Shown here in pieces: positions 28,718-41,308 of a DNA stretch of 64,000 nt. The notes beneath the pieces are model-generated. The model was not told where the DNA came from, made no database searches, and was given only the letters and a program-made list of their open reading frames with translations. Numbering within the stretch: position 1 is the stretch's first letter; each line of letters starts with the position of its first letter. The stretch covers positions 38,998,001-39,062,000 of the forward strand of contig OX597822.1 of the NCBI GenBank assembly GCA_951406725.2, given 5' to 3'. The position numbers were made by a program, and so were the translations under genes. Origin of the DNA: Octopus vulgaris (lineage: Eukaryota).

Positions 28718-28824
28718 ATTTCTTACTGATGAGTCTAAGGGCCTATGGTGGATTGGCTTGATTTAATTTAATCAGGTTAGTTTACCATTAAACGGTAGAT
28801 GAAACGGTGCATCGTCTAAGAAAT
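28718..28824 (+). ncRNA. Type I hammerhead ribozyme (array copy 2)
   Basis: Same motif. Predicted cleavage after 28816, 489 nt from the previous site. Confidence 0.88.
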
Positions 28825-29208
28825 TACAGGGTAAAAGTTTTTCAATTTTCTCCTGGTTTACGGAATTAATGTTATTTTGCGGTTAAAGCTTTTGGCTGTT
28901 ATTTCTAGTGGGTGAATGGCCTATTATGGCCGTTCCTTGATTGTGATGTTGAACGTAAAAATGGTTTATGACTATTTAATTTTTTCCTACTAGGCCGCTG
29001 GTGGCAAAAGAATTCTACAAAATTTTTTTTGCCACCCTATATTGATTAATTATGAATTTTCTGGTTAGTTCCGTAATGGAATCGGTGGCTTATATTTATT
29101 TGCTGCCGATAAATTTGGCGCGAGTGCGACGATTTGAAAATTTTAGGTCAGATATTGCCGAGGTAGCAAGAGGAATGCCTCGTGAAAAATATCTGTTCCG
29201 ACTTGGCT

Positions 29209-29315
29209 ATTTCTTACTGATGAGTCTAAGGGCCTATGGTGGATTGGCTTGATTTAATTTAATCAGGTTAGTTTACCATTAAACGGTAGATGAAACGGTG
29301 CATCGTCTAAGAAAT
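29209..29315 (+). ncRNA. Type I hammerhead ribozyme (array copy 3)
   Basis: Same motif. Predicted cleavage after 29307, 491 nt from the previous site. Confidence 0.88.
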
Positions 29316-29430
29316 TACAGGGTAAAAGTTTTTCAATTTTCTCCTGGTTTACGGAATTAATGTTATTTTGCGGTTAAAGCTTTTGGCTGTTATTTCTAGT
29401 GGGTGAATGGCCTATTATGGCCGTTCCTTG

Positions 29431-29505
<75 letters not shown>

Positions 29506-29704
29506 CGGGAAGCTTTATGAAAATAAACAAAAGACGAAGGCAGGTGGAATACAAACAAACAATTGTATTAGTATGGCGGTCAGGAATATAAATAAAACAT
29601 GTCTTTTACGTTTCGAGCCTACGCTCTTCTACAGAAAGATACACAGAAAAGAAACACAGAAAGAAACAAGGAGAGAAAAAAAATGCGTGCAGAGGCTAGC
29701 GAAT

Positions 29705-29749
<45 letters not shown>

Positions 29750-30094
29750 CTAAAGTCGTAAGACGCCCCTGTCCTTGTACTGTCCACCATTCGTGTTTTT
29801 TATTTCTGTTTTTTATTTCTATTTTTGTTTCTTGTATTTATATTCGTGTGGCATCCTGTCTTTGTTTCGTATACATTCGTCCTCTTTCTAAGAAATCTAA
29901 TGCCTATGGCTTAGTTCTTAGGGCTGGCCGGTTCGGAGTAATATCGAGATTAAACAGCTGAAATTACTAAGATGATCCGGTTCCCGACTGAAGATTAGAG
30001 GCTTCGAGTGACCCGTCTGTTTTCTTGTGTCGTCTCTTTGTGTGTTTTTGCGTTCTTGTCCCACTTTGTAATTTATATTTTATATTTAATTTCT

Positions 30095-30139
<45 letters not shown>

Positions 30140-30446
30140 CTCTTACTCATCAGGACTTATTCTTTGTAAACCTAGTACTTATTCTATCGGTCTCTTCTTG
30201 CTGAATTGCTAAGTTACTGGGACATAAACACACCATCATCGGTTGTCGAGAGATGGTGGAGGGACAAACACAGACACACAGACACACATGTATACATATA
30301 CGACGGGCTTCTTTCAGTTTCCGTCTACCAAATCACAACACTTTGGTCGGCCCGAGGCTATAGTAGAAGACACTTGCCCGAGGTACCACGCAGTGGGACT
30401 GAACCCGGTTGGTAAGCTAGTTACTTACCACACAGCCACTCCTGCG

Positions 30447-30484
<38 letters not shown>

Positions 30485-30788
30485 ATGAGTGTTCAGCTTT
30501 TGTCGAACGACCTGCACAAATGATGTTTAAAGTGATCGAATGTATGTGCCGCACATTAGCTCACTCCCTCCATCAAATCGACGTTGCCTGAACAGGTGCA
30601 CGGTGTGCCACACGTCAGGTGTTGAAGTGATCGCAGAACAACATGAGATATGAAGTGTGTTGCTTAAGAACGCAACGCACAAGCCGATCTACGTATTGAA
30701 ACCACGATTTCAACACACTAACCAATAGGCCATGCGTCCTCATATATATACATACATGCATACATTCATACATACATACATACATACA

Positions 30789-30858
<70 letters not shown>

Positions 30859-31050
30859 ATATATATATATATATATACATATGTATATATATATATATAT
30901 ATATTATATATAAATGTATATAATATATATACATATATACATATGTATATATATATATATATATTTATATATATAAATTATATATATGTTATATATATAT
31001 ATTATATATATATAATATATATATATGTATATATATATTATATATATATG

Positions 31051-31105
<55 letters not shown>

Positions 31106-31211
31106 TTAAATTAAGGATAAAATCTTTATAAGAAATTATCAGTAGTTAGCGTGAAAAACCTCGTAAGAGAAAAAAATCTGTAAATTTTTCTACTTTGAAA
31201 ATATTTATTTA

Positions 31212-31392
31212 TATTATATAGAGGGTACTATTATTCATAGGTACCGCACGCTAGGAGGGACTTTTGCAGTCAAAACTACTAAAATAAACAAATTGTACCG
31301 AAGTTTTGCATTCGGTACAATTTGTTTATTTTAGTAGTTTTGACTGCAAAAGTCCCTCCTAGCGTGCGGTACCTATGAATAATAGTACCCTC

Positions 31393-31405
<13 letters not shown>
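31212..31405. repeat. Near-perfect ~90-bp-arm inverted repeat abutting (TA)n
   Basis: gagggtactattattcataggtaccgc...gtaccgaa [gttttgca] ttcggtac...gcggtacctatgaataatagtaccctc. No HHR core seen. Confidence 0.85.
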
Positions 31406-31438
<33 letters not shown>

Positions 31439-31973
31439 GAATGTAATGTGAAACTTTTCTATCACTTTCATTAAAACTTGAGCAACCACAATCACCACCA
31501 TCCTTATCTCCACCACCACCACCACTACCGCCACCCCACCACCACCACCACCACCACCACCACCACCACCAAACCCACGCCGCCGTCAAAACCACCACCA
31601 CCACCACCAAACCCACGCCGCCACCACCACCACCACCACCACCACTATTGTCAGTGTTATCTGACCAAGAGCTAAACAAAAACAACAATATAAATAACAA
31701 CAAAGTGAACTGGTACAAAGTGAACAGCGGTGTCAGAAATGATGAAAGTCAATTAACCAAATCGATTTCCAATCGAAACCGCCGCCGCCGACGACGACGA
31801 CGACGACGACGCTGTACGGTAGTCTGAAGGACGTTATTGTATCAACGAGACTGAGATGTCACAAACAATGAACAAGGCGAAGAAGTAGAACCCTCCGGAT
31901 GTTTTAACACCCGTAACAACAACAACAAGCGGAATAACAGCAACAACAACTTCAACAACAATAACCCACAGCA

Positions 31974-32046
31974 ATGCATCAATTGACTTATATACCGTTG
32001 TTTTTGCTATTGGCTACGGCAGCATTTGCAAGCTGGACGCCGCAAA
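31974..32046 (+). CDS. Exon 1 (signal peptide) of secreted C-type lectin/PAN-domain protein
   Basis: ATG followed by MHQLTYIPLFLLLATAAFASWTPQ (hydrophobic core, AFA cleavage motif). Donor a|gtaagg, phase 1, matches the next exon. Confidence 0.8.
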
Positions 32047-32769
32047 GTAAGGGTATTTCTTATATATGTATGTATGTATGTAGGTGGAGGCGCAATGGCC
32101 CACTGGTTAGGGCAGCGGACTCGCGGTCATAGGATCGCGGTTTCGATTCCCAGAGTGAGTGTTTATTGAGCGAAAACACCTAAAAAGCTGTGGTGATCCC
32201 TGCTGTACTCTTTCACCACAACTTTCTCTCACTCTTACTTCTTGTTTCTGTTGTACCTGTATTTCAAGGGGCCGGCCTTGTCACTCTCTGTGTCACGCTG
32301 AATATCCCCGAGAACTACGTTAAGGGTGCACGTGTCTGTGGAGTGCTCAGCCACTTACACGTTAATTTCACGAGCAGGCTGTTCCGTTGATTCGGATCAA
32401 CCGGAACCCTCGTCGTCGTAACCGACGGAGTGCTTCCACTGTATGTAGGTATGTATGTATGTCATTATTCAGTTTGTTTCAAGATTTCTTGCCACTAGAG
32501 AATGAACCGGTTTCTAATCTAGATCCAAGGCTTCTTCATTCGAATTTCAACATCACCAACAGAGTATTTTTGTATGTATATATGTATGCATGCATGCATG
32601 TCTGTCTGTCTGTATGTATGTATTATAGACTTGTATGTTTTATGTATGAATTCTCATGCATCTAGTTGCATATCTAGACATGCTCATATATATTTAAATG
32701 ATAAACTTCTGGAAAGTTTTACAGATTTTTACAGTTCCAGTGATGGACTGGATCTGTAGTCTTCGAATT

Positions 32770-33490
32770 AGCTTCCTCCTTTCTGGTGTTGAGAAGCCTA
32801 ATTTCTCAAGACTGCTACATATAATTATAGGTATAAACCTGATAATTATAGGTATAAACCTGAACTTGTAATCTGGATAGAGTAACTGCAGATCTCTCAA
32901 TAGTTCAGCATAGGTTTACTCTTATTCACTGATCTTCAGCTTTATGTTAACATCCAGTGGGCAGCTAATTTCCACAACTGTGCACAGTTTCTCTACTTTA
33001 TCCCAAATCATTATATCAGGTCTGTTGCGCTCACATTTTATTGAGGTCTTCACTGGGACATTCCATCAATATTCCTTTTTACTATGAGTGGCTATGTATG
33101 TATGTATGTATGTATGTATGTATGTATGTATGTACATTTTTTTTTCTGTATTTAATCATTTACATTCTTCCTCTGAATAAGGAGCTGGGTTGTAACAAAG
33201 ATACAAAACTCCATCATTGGAATGTGAATAACGAGAGCAATGTCACATTTTAAACCAGAGAAAAGTTTTGTATTGTTTTACTTTTCCTCTTATAGATTGT
33301 ATTTCTAATGTGCGAATCAGTTGGTTGATTACCTTTTCTGAAAACCCAAGCTTATCCAGACAGCTAGTTAAGCATTTGCTTACAAAACCTAGCGCTCAAA
33401 TTATTATTGGTATAAATGTAAATTTGTAATCCAGATACAGAAGCTACAGGCTTTGAAGCAGTCGTCCATGACTATCTTCTTTCTCTGTAT
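32770..33490 (-). mobile_element. RLE-type LINE fragments beside (TATG)n
   Basis: Minus strand RPDIMIWDKVEKLCTVVEISCPLDVNI...RDLQLLYPDYKFRFIPIII. A second copy reads LLYLDYKFTFIPIII*ALGFVSKCL. Confidence 0.75.
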
Positions 33491-33590
33491 GTATGTATGT
33501 ATGTATGCATGTATGCATGCATGTATGTATGTATGTATGTATGTATGTATGTATGCATGTATACATGCATGCATGCATGTATGAATTGGA

Positions 33591-33673
<83 letters not shown>

Positions 33674-34287
33674 CATATGTGTTTATATGTGTTTATCTAT
33701 GTACGTGTATATATATATATGTATGCATAAGTAAGATATAAGGTATGGGTTATGTAACCGTCTAAGGGATATATTTATTCCTATGCACTCTTGGTGTATT
33801 ACCTCACTATATATAGTCCTCGTTAAAAGCGTATACGGTAGTAGGTAATTTAAAGGTAAAAGCGTGTTTTTATATATATATAGAGACGATAAGAAATGGA
33901 GCAATAATTAACAATGGGAAGTGGATCATAAATAACGTTAATTTGTGGCTTCTCAGTTAGTCCCTGTAATTAACGTTACTTAAGTCCAATAACAACACCG
34001 GATATCCCCACCAGGTATAACTCCTTCGGCCATACACCGCCCGTCAATTGGCCTCTGTCCTCACTTACCACCATAGCCATCGAATGAAGGAATCTACTGA
34101 CACGTGGAAATATGCAAGTCATTAAAATGTATGACTATTGCTTTAACGAACCATAGCCATCGAATGAAGGAATCTACTGACACGTGGAAATATGCAAGTC
34201 ATTAAAATGTATGACTATTGCTTTAACGAACCCGTTTCTCTTTCTTTTTCCTTCTCTTTGTCTTTGCCTCTCTTCTTCTATATAATC

Positions 34288-34364
34288 GTTCTGAAGATGT
34301 TTATTAAATCTAACGAGGGAAATATAAATTCACACCATTTTAATAAACAGAAACAGCTATAAAC
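34288..34364 (+). ncRNA. Degenerate type I hammerhead
   Basis: gtt CTGAAGA tgtttattaaa..tttaataaaca GAAAC agct ata aac. The cleavage triplet appears mutated from GTA. Confidence 0.6.
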
Positions 34365-34475
34365 ATACACATAATTTAATTAAACAATGTCTTTAAAACA
34401 CCAATGATCCACTTCTCATTGTTAATTTGTTAATTATTGTTCCATTTCTTATCGTCTCTCTCCATATATGTATAT

Positions 34476-34575
<100 letters not shown>

Positions 34576-34967
34576 TAATCCAAACAAGAAAGCACAAAAA
34601 AACACAACAACGCGAGGACGTGGAACGAATATAGTATTATTGGACGCTCAGAAAAGAAGGAAAGAAGGAGGGTTTAACGTTTCGAGCGGAGCTCTTCGTC
34701 GGAAACATAGGAGAAGGAAAGATCCAGAGAAGGGAAGACAGAGGGAAAAAAATCGCCAACAGTACAAACGCGGTCAGGGGAGAATTGACAACAAAAAAAC
34801 AAAACAAAACAACAAAAGACGAAAACAGGTGGTGTAGACAACAAACATGTATTAGTATAATGCTCGGGAAGTGAAAAATTCTTTAATGTTTCGAGTCTAC
34901 GCTCTTCCAGAGAAAGGAACACAGAAAGGAACAAGGAGAGAAAATAAAGAATGTGTAGTGGTTAGCG

Positions 34968-35056
<89 letters not shown>

Positions 35057-35358
35057 CACACATATGATATATAAAGTTAAGTTTGAAAATTATGTTGGTA
35101 GGTATATACAACCCTAGCGGGTGCCGTATTCTCTTTCGCCAGTTAACAATGCTGGCTGACCTCCGTGGGTATAGAAAAACCCCAGTTTGTTTATTTCCTA
35201 GCCTCAGTGGATCCACACATAGGTAAATCCATATGTCTCTATAGAGACTGCATGCTGTCGGTAGAGAAGAAATAACAAATTAATTATAAGGAGATCAAAG
35301 ACTTATATATCTAGCTTTTTTCTGCTCTCAGTCACGTCTTTCCATTTCTGCACCTACT

Positions 35359-35422
<64 letters not shown>

Positions 35423-36070
35423 TACACACACACACATGCACACACATGCACCTATATATATATATACACACATACATATATACATATACATACCTACACA
35501 CACACACGCAATCATTTATATATATGTATATCTCTACTACACATGTGGAAATCTGTGGGTGTGTTTGTTTGTTGCACTGCTATCTAACTCCTCCTAAATT
35601 GTTTTATCGATTTTGATGAAACGTGACACCTGAGTAGAACTCATGTCCGGAAAACTAGTGGCATACTTAGATTGTTGAAAAAAAAAATCGATATTAGGGT
35701 CCCTGGAAGGCATTCTTATATCTACTACATATAACTAATATATTATTTTTAAACATCCATGGGAAATAACCCATTCGCTCCTGAAAGGGATCCTTATATA
35801 TAGCCAAAGGAAATAACCCATTCATGTTGGTAAATTGTTTCGTATAAATCAAATTGAGTATGCTTATTTCTTGGTATTTGAACTATTTGAGTTATTTTCG
35901 TAATTTATCCACCACAACGCTTAAACAAGTAAATAGCATTTTCCTAAACAATAGATCCACTTAGGCTCGAAACGTTAAAGACTTTTTCAATTCCCGAGCA
36001 TTATGCTAATACATCTGTTTGTTGTCTACACTACCTCTCTTCGTCTTTTGTTTTTTTTCTGAATTCTGCC

Positions 36071-36117
<47 letters not shown>

Positions 36118-36361
36118 ATATGTGTATATCTCTGTGTGTCTGTGTTTATCCCACCCCACCATCGCTTGACAACCGCTGTTGACATGATTACGCCCCCCCG
36201 TAACTTAGCGGTTCGGCAAAAGAGATCGATAGAGTAAGTACTAGGCTTATAAACAATAAGTCCTGGGGTCGATTTGCTCGACTAAAGGCGGTGCTCCAGC
36301 ATTGCCGCGGTCAAATGACTGAAACGAATAAAAGAATAACAGAATAACACACTTACCTATT

Positions 36362-36414
<53 letters not shown>

Positions 36415-36728
36415 CGCCCTACCAGTATATTCTCAAAATTTTATTTACACTACAAGATCCCTTTTGAATGAACAGCACATGGAATTAATATCTACTCACT
36501 ATCCATTTTTAATAACAAAATATGAACTCCTATCGGAATTTACATAGACGCTTCTTTACGCATTCTACACAGCACATTCATTGGATAATGGAACTGCAAC
36601 TGTGACATCGAACATATATTTTTATTTTTATTCTCATATTTTCCTTTATACTTCCTATATCTCTCCTTTTCCAAAATAACTTCTTATACTGAACGCTACT
36701 ATTTCCTTCTGTTTAACTCTCTCATACC

Positions 36729-36776
36729 GTCTCTGATGGTGGGATATTTTTTATATCCCTGAAACAGCTGTAAGAC
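36729..36776 (+). ncRNA. Degenerate type I hammerhead
   Basis: gtct CTGATGG t gggatat..atatccc t GAAAC agct GTA agac. Stem I gtct/agac and palindromic acagctgt. Confidence 0.6.
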
Positions 36777-37138
36777 TTCTCTTTATAAATGTCCTTGACA
36801 CATGGTTCCGAGTTCAGTGCCACCTTGGGGGAAAGTGCTTTTTACTATAGTCTCGGGCCGACCAAAGCCTTGTGAGTGGATTTGGTAGACGGAAACTGAA
36901 AGAAGCCCATGATGTCATACCTTTTTTCCAAACTAGTTGCCATTCTTGATCGCTAAATCCAGAAGTTCTTTTTTCTTTTTCTCTCTCTTTTTATTTTCTC
37001 ATATTCCTTTCTGTTGAAGAGCGTAGGTTTGAAACGTTAAAGATTTCTCACTTTCCCGAGCGTCAAATTAATACATCTGCCTGTTGTTCCTACACCTGTC
37101 TTCGTTTTTTGCGTTTCTGTAAATTTCAGCTCTCTCTC

Positions 37139-37180
<42 letters not shown>

Positions 37181-37221
37181 CTATATCATTATATGATTGG
37201 ATACAACGCATCCTCTTACAA

Positions 37222-37287
<66 letters not shown>

Positions 37288-37335
37288 ATATATATATATA
37301 TTATATATGATTGGACGCCACGCATCCTCTTACAA

Positions 37336-37379
<44 letters not shown>

Positions 37380-37457
37380 AATTGCAGCGTGGAAGGTGTT
37401 TATTCGCCATTTAAAAACACACAAAACCGTTAGATTCCCTTCAACATTTAAATTTAA

Positions 37458-37508
37458 TTTGTCAAAATATTTTCGTCGCTTTCAAACCGCGACCTGTTCA
37501 CTGACAAA
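37458..37508 (-). ncRNA. Hammerhead-like motif with G3-C8 swapped core
   Basis: Minus strand: tttgtca GTGAACA g gtcgc ggtttgaaa gcgac GAAA atattt tgacaaa. Confidence 0.6.
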
Positions 37509-37543
37509 ATTCCGTTCTGCATCTGAGAAACAGTTAGTTCATC

Positions 37544-37574
<31 letters not shown>

Positions 37575-38015
37575 TGTATGTATGTATGTATGTATGTATG
37601 TATGTACGTATGTATGTATGTATGTATGTATGTATGTATGTATGTATGTATGTGTGTGTGTGTATGTATGTGTGTATGTTTGTATATATGTACATGTATG
37701 AATGTGCATATGCATATGTGTACATGCGTATGCATGTGCCTGCACGCCTATACGCATGTATGTATGTAGTATGTACATATGTATCTATGTATTTATGCAT
37801 GTATGTATGTGAGTATTTAGGTATGTAGGTGTGTAGCCGTGTCTCTGCATGTGTATATGTGTATGTCCATGTGAATGTATGTTCATGTACTGATATCTGT
37901 GTCTGTTCAAGTTGTATATGTGACTGTTACTCAGTATATATATAACCACATGTGAATCGTTGGTGATTTTTTCCCCATCTGTCTTCCTTTTCTATTGTAC
38001 TTTCCTGTGTCTCCT

Positions 38016-38050
38016 GTTTCTGAAGAAGAGCTTTGCTCGAAACGTAAAAC
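38016..38050 (+). ncRNA. Minimal (PLE-type) hammerhead
   Basis: gttt CTGAAGA a gagc ttt gctc GAAAC GTA aaac. A relative on the minus strand at ~34672-34706 has CCGACGA. Confidence 0.65.
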
Positions 38051-38146
38051 CATCTTTCTTTCCTTCCTTGAGCGTCTGCTAATACTTTACATCTACCACG
38101 TCCTCGCGTTGTTTTTTTGTGTTTGTTCTTCGTTTTTTTTAAGACT

Positions 38147-38221
<75 letters not shown>

Positions 38222-38397
38222 CATTTTAGTAAAGCTGCAAAAGACAGTTATTCGACGAACTAGAACGTGAAACTCTGAGTAACAGTTCTGTGATAACCTT
38301 GCAGATTTAAATAAAAAATATATCACTCTATCTTTGGTATTTGAGTACTAGTTTTGCCATCTTGTTTTACACTTATGTGCTCACCTTTGTGTGTGTA

Positions 38398-38428
<31 letters not shown>

Positions 38429-38913
38429 TTTTCTGTGTGTGTTTGTCCCCACCACCGCCGCCTGACAACTGGTGTTCGTGTGTTTGCGTTCCAGTAACTG
38501 AGCGATTCGGCAAAGGAGACCGATTGAATAAGAATCAGGCATAAAAAATAAGTCCTGGTGTCTATTCATTCGACTAAAAATTCAAGGCGGTTCCACTACA
38601 TGTCTGCAGTTTAATGATTGAAACAAGTAATAGGTAAAAGATATCATCTCAACAACTGGTGTAGCGATGTGTGGAAACAACTGTAGCAAGATCGAATAAA
38701 TCTATTTTCTCTTATATCCATTTTCCATCCATTTTCTCCTACTCTTTGACAGTGGCCATGCTGGAGCAGCGCCTTTAGTCGAGCAAATCGACTCCAGGAT
38801 TTATTCTTTGTAAGCCTAGTACTGATTCTATCGGTCTCTTTTGTTAAGTTACGGGGACGTAAACACACCAGCATCGGTTGTCAAGCGATGTTGGGGGTAC
38901 AAACACAGACACA

Positions 38914-38975
<62 letters not shown>

Positions 38976-39169
38976 CACACATATATATATATACATATAT
39001 ACGACGGGATTCTTTCAGTTTCCGTCTACCAAATCCACTCACAAGGCTTTGGTCGACCTGAGGCTATAGTAGAAGACACTTGCCCAAGGTGCCACGCAGT
39101 GGGACTGAACCCGGAACCATGTGGTTGGTAAGCAAGCTACTTACCACACAGCCACTCCTACGCCTATAA

Positions 39170-39900
39170 ACTCTCTACATACTAATGACATTCAGTAGCC
39201 AGTAACTGTTCGCTAATCAATAACTGGTATACTATTATCACAATCGATAAGGAGAGCTATATTGGTCTATGTGAAGGAGAATTCAGAAATCGCTATGCTA
39301 ATCACATATCTTCCGTCCGACACGGGGACAAAAGTAAAGCTCGTAATTTAGCCAGCCACGTATTGGGTTTGAAATCGAGCGCCACACCATATACGATAAA
39401 GTGGAAAATAGTCGAAAAATCCAAACCATATGTTAACGGATCAAAATTGTAAGCAATGCATAGTTGAAAGAACTCAGATCCTTTTTAGAACTAAGATCTC
39501 AAACTCACTGCTGAACTCTAGATTCGAAATTTTCAGCGGTTGTAAGCATATCGCTAAGTTCCTGCAGACGAATTGGAAAGTGCCTTCCTCTCCAAATTGA
39601 ATAACTGTACCAGAAACACTAAGCGACTATCTTTACAGCTTTATAATTTACGGTCTTAGGGAAATAACACTAATTTCCGCTTTTGCATCTTTCTGATTTC
39701 ATTTTCGTTTTCTGGTTTTTCAACCTTCTATCTTATATATATATTTTTTTCTGGTCTTTTCTCGCTTTTTCTCTTGTCCCATTTTAAGTTTGTTATGCCA
39801 TGAGGGCAGTGTCTGATGATTGTGCTAGGACATCAGATGTGTTAAAAAACACTATTTGGCATGTACTCTCCACATGAAACTAATAGTAGCTCATAAAAAT
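39170..39900 (+). mobile_element. Penelope-like element 3' end: GIY-YIG endonuclease remnant (Naiad-like) plus hammerhead
   Basis: From 39246: DKESYIGLCEGEFRNRYANH...IKWKIVEKSKPY, then a frameshift, then CKQCIVE...LLNSRFEIFSGCKH. HHR ctgatga..tgtg/caca..gaaac taata gta at 39809-39892. (TA)n follows. Confidence 0.8.
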
Positions 39901-39964
39901 ATATACTGTGTATATATATATATATATATATATGAATGTATGTATATATATCTTTTGTCTTTAG

Positions 39965-40124
39965 ATTGCACTATGTACAAAGGGAGATGTTACACAGTTT
40001 TTCCTGTGGGGAAAGTGAAATTCAGCAAAGCCGCCAGTCTCTGTTCGCAGCTACCTAACGGCGTTCCGGTGATACTTCGATCCAAAGCCGAAGAGAAATT
40101 CGTCCATTCACTCTTTGCTCCAAG
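39965..40124 (+). CDS. Exon 2: C-type lectin domain, N-terminal half
   Basis: Acceptor tcttttgtctttag|. Encodes (N)CTMYKGRCYTVFPVGKVKFSKAASLCSQLPNGVPVILRSKAEEKFVHSLFAP(R). Donor ag|gtaaat. Phase 1 to 2. Confidence 0.88.
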
Positions 40125-40321
40125 GTAAATAGCAAAACCTGTTCAATATATTTTCTTTCTTTTCACTCACTATTACTGTTGATGTTGTTGCTCTCTCAGT
40201 CAGAAGTCAGACGGGGAAAGAATGCAGTATAAATGCACTTGCAAGGTCTCCAGCTAATCTGGTGAGCAGCATGTCCGGTGATACTGCTGCAGGCGATACT
40301 TGTAAAAATCATTCCGTGAAC

Positions 40322-40391
<70 letters not shown>

Positions 40392-40557
40392 CATTTGTCT
40401 CTCTGTCTGTCTGCCTGTCTGTCTGCCTGTCCGTCTGTATGTCCGTCTATCTATCTATTTGTCCGTCTGTCTATCTGTCTGTCTGTCCGTCTGTCTGCCC
40501 GTCTGTCCGTCCGTCCGTCCGTCCGTCTGTTTGTCTGTCTGTCTGTTTGTCTGTCTG

Positions 40558-40603
<46 letters not shown>

Positions 40604-40720
40604 CATTTGTCTCTCTGTCTGTCTGCTTGTCTGTCTGTCTGTCCGTCTATCAATCTATTTGTCTGTCTGTCTATCTGTCTGTCTGTCCGTCTGTCTGCCC
40701 GTCTGTCCGTCCGTCCGTCC

Positions 40721-40756
<36 letters not shown>

Positions 40757-40757
40757 G

Positions 40758-40870
<113 letters not shown>

Positions 40871-41194
40871 TTTTCCATCTGTCTGTCTGACTATCTGTCC
40901 GTCTATCTGTCTGTCTGTCTGTCTGTCTCTCCCTCTTTCTCTCTCTCTCTATTGATCTGTATGCAATGGTACTCTGTCGGTAACGACGACGAGTGTTCCA
41001 CTTGATCCGTTCAACGTAACAGTCTGTGGCTGAGCACCCCATAAACACGCGCACCCTTAACGGCCCATTTGAACTACAGGTACAACTCATTATTGCCAGC
41101 TGAGTGGACAGGAGCAACGATTGTGAGTGTCTTGGGGAAATTTCGAACCTGGGTTCTCATTCCTAAGGTATTTTCGATGTTGTTGTCGTCGTCG

Positions 41195-41307
<113 letters not shown>

Positions 41308-41308
41308 G

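Larger units (their letters stand above)
27275..29433. mobile_element. Tandem ~490-bp hammerhead-containing repeat array (non-LTR retrozyme / PLE pseudo-LTR-like)
   Basis: About 1.45 units on the minus strand (27275-27986) fused to about 2.95 units on the plus strand (27986-29433). Copies are near-identical. (TA)n on both flanks. Four HHRs in total. Confidence 0.9.

Noticed and set aside
28077-29252. Repeated 66-aa ORF (MNFLVSSVMESV...) in the 490-bp array
   Set aside because: No recognisable domain, it overlaps the hammerhead core, and one copy is frameshifted by a 5-nt deletion. The repetition is explained by the array.
27275-29433. CRISPR array or satellite interpretation of the tandem repeat
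   Set aside because: Eukaryotic context, no repeat-spacer structure, only about 4.4 units, and each unit carries a ribozyme.
34071-34230. 80-bp exact tandem duplication
   Set aside because: Simple local duplication within a repeat element. No independent function evident.
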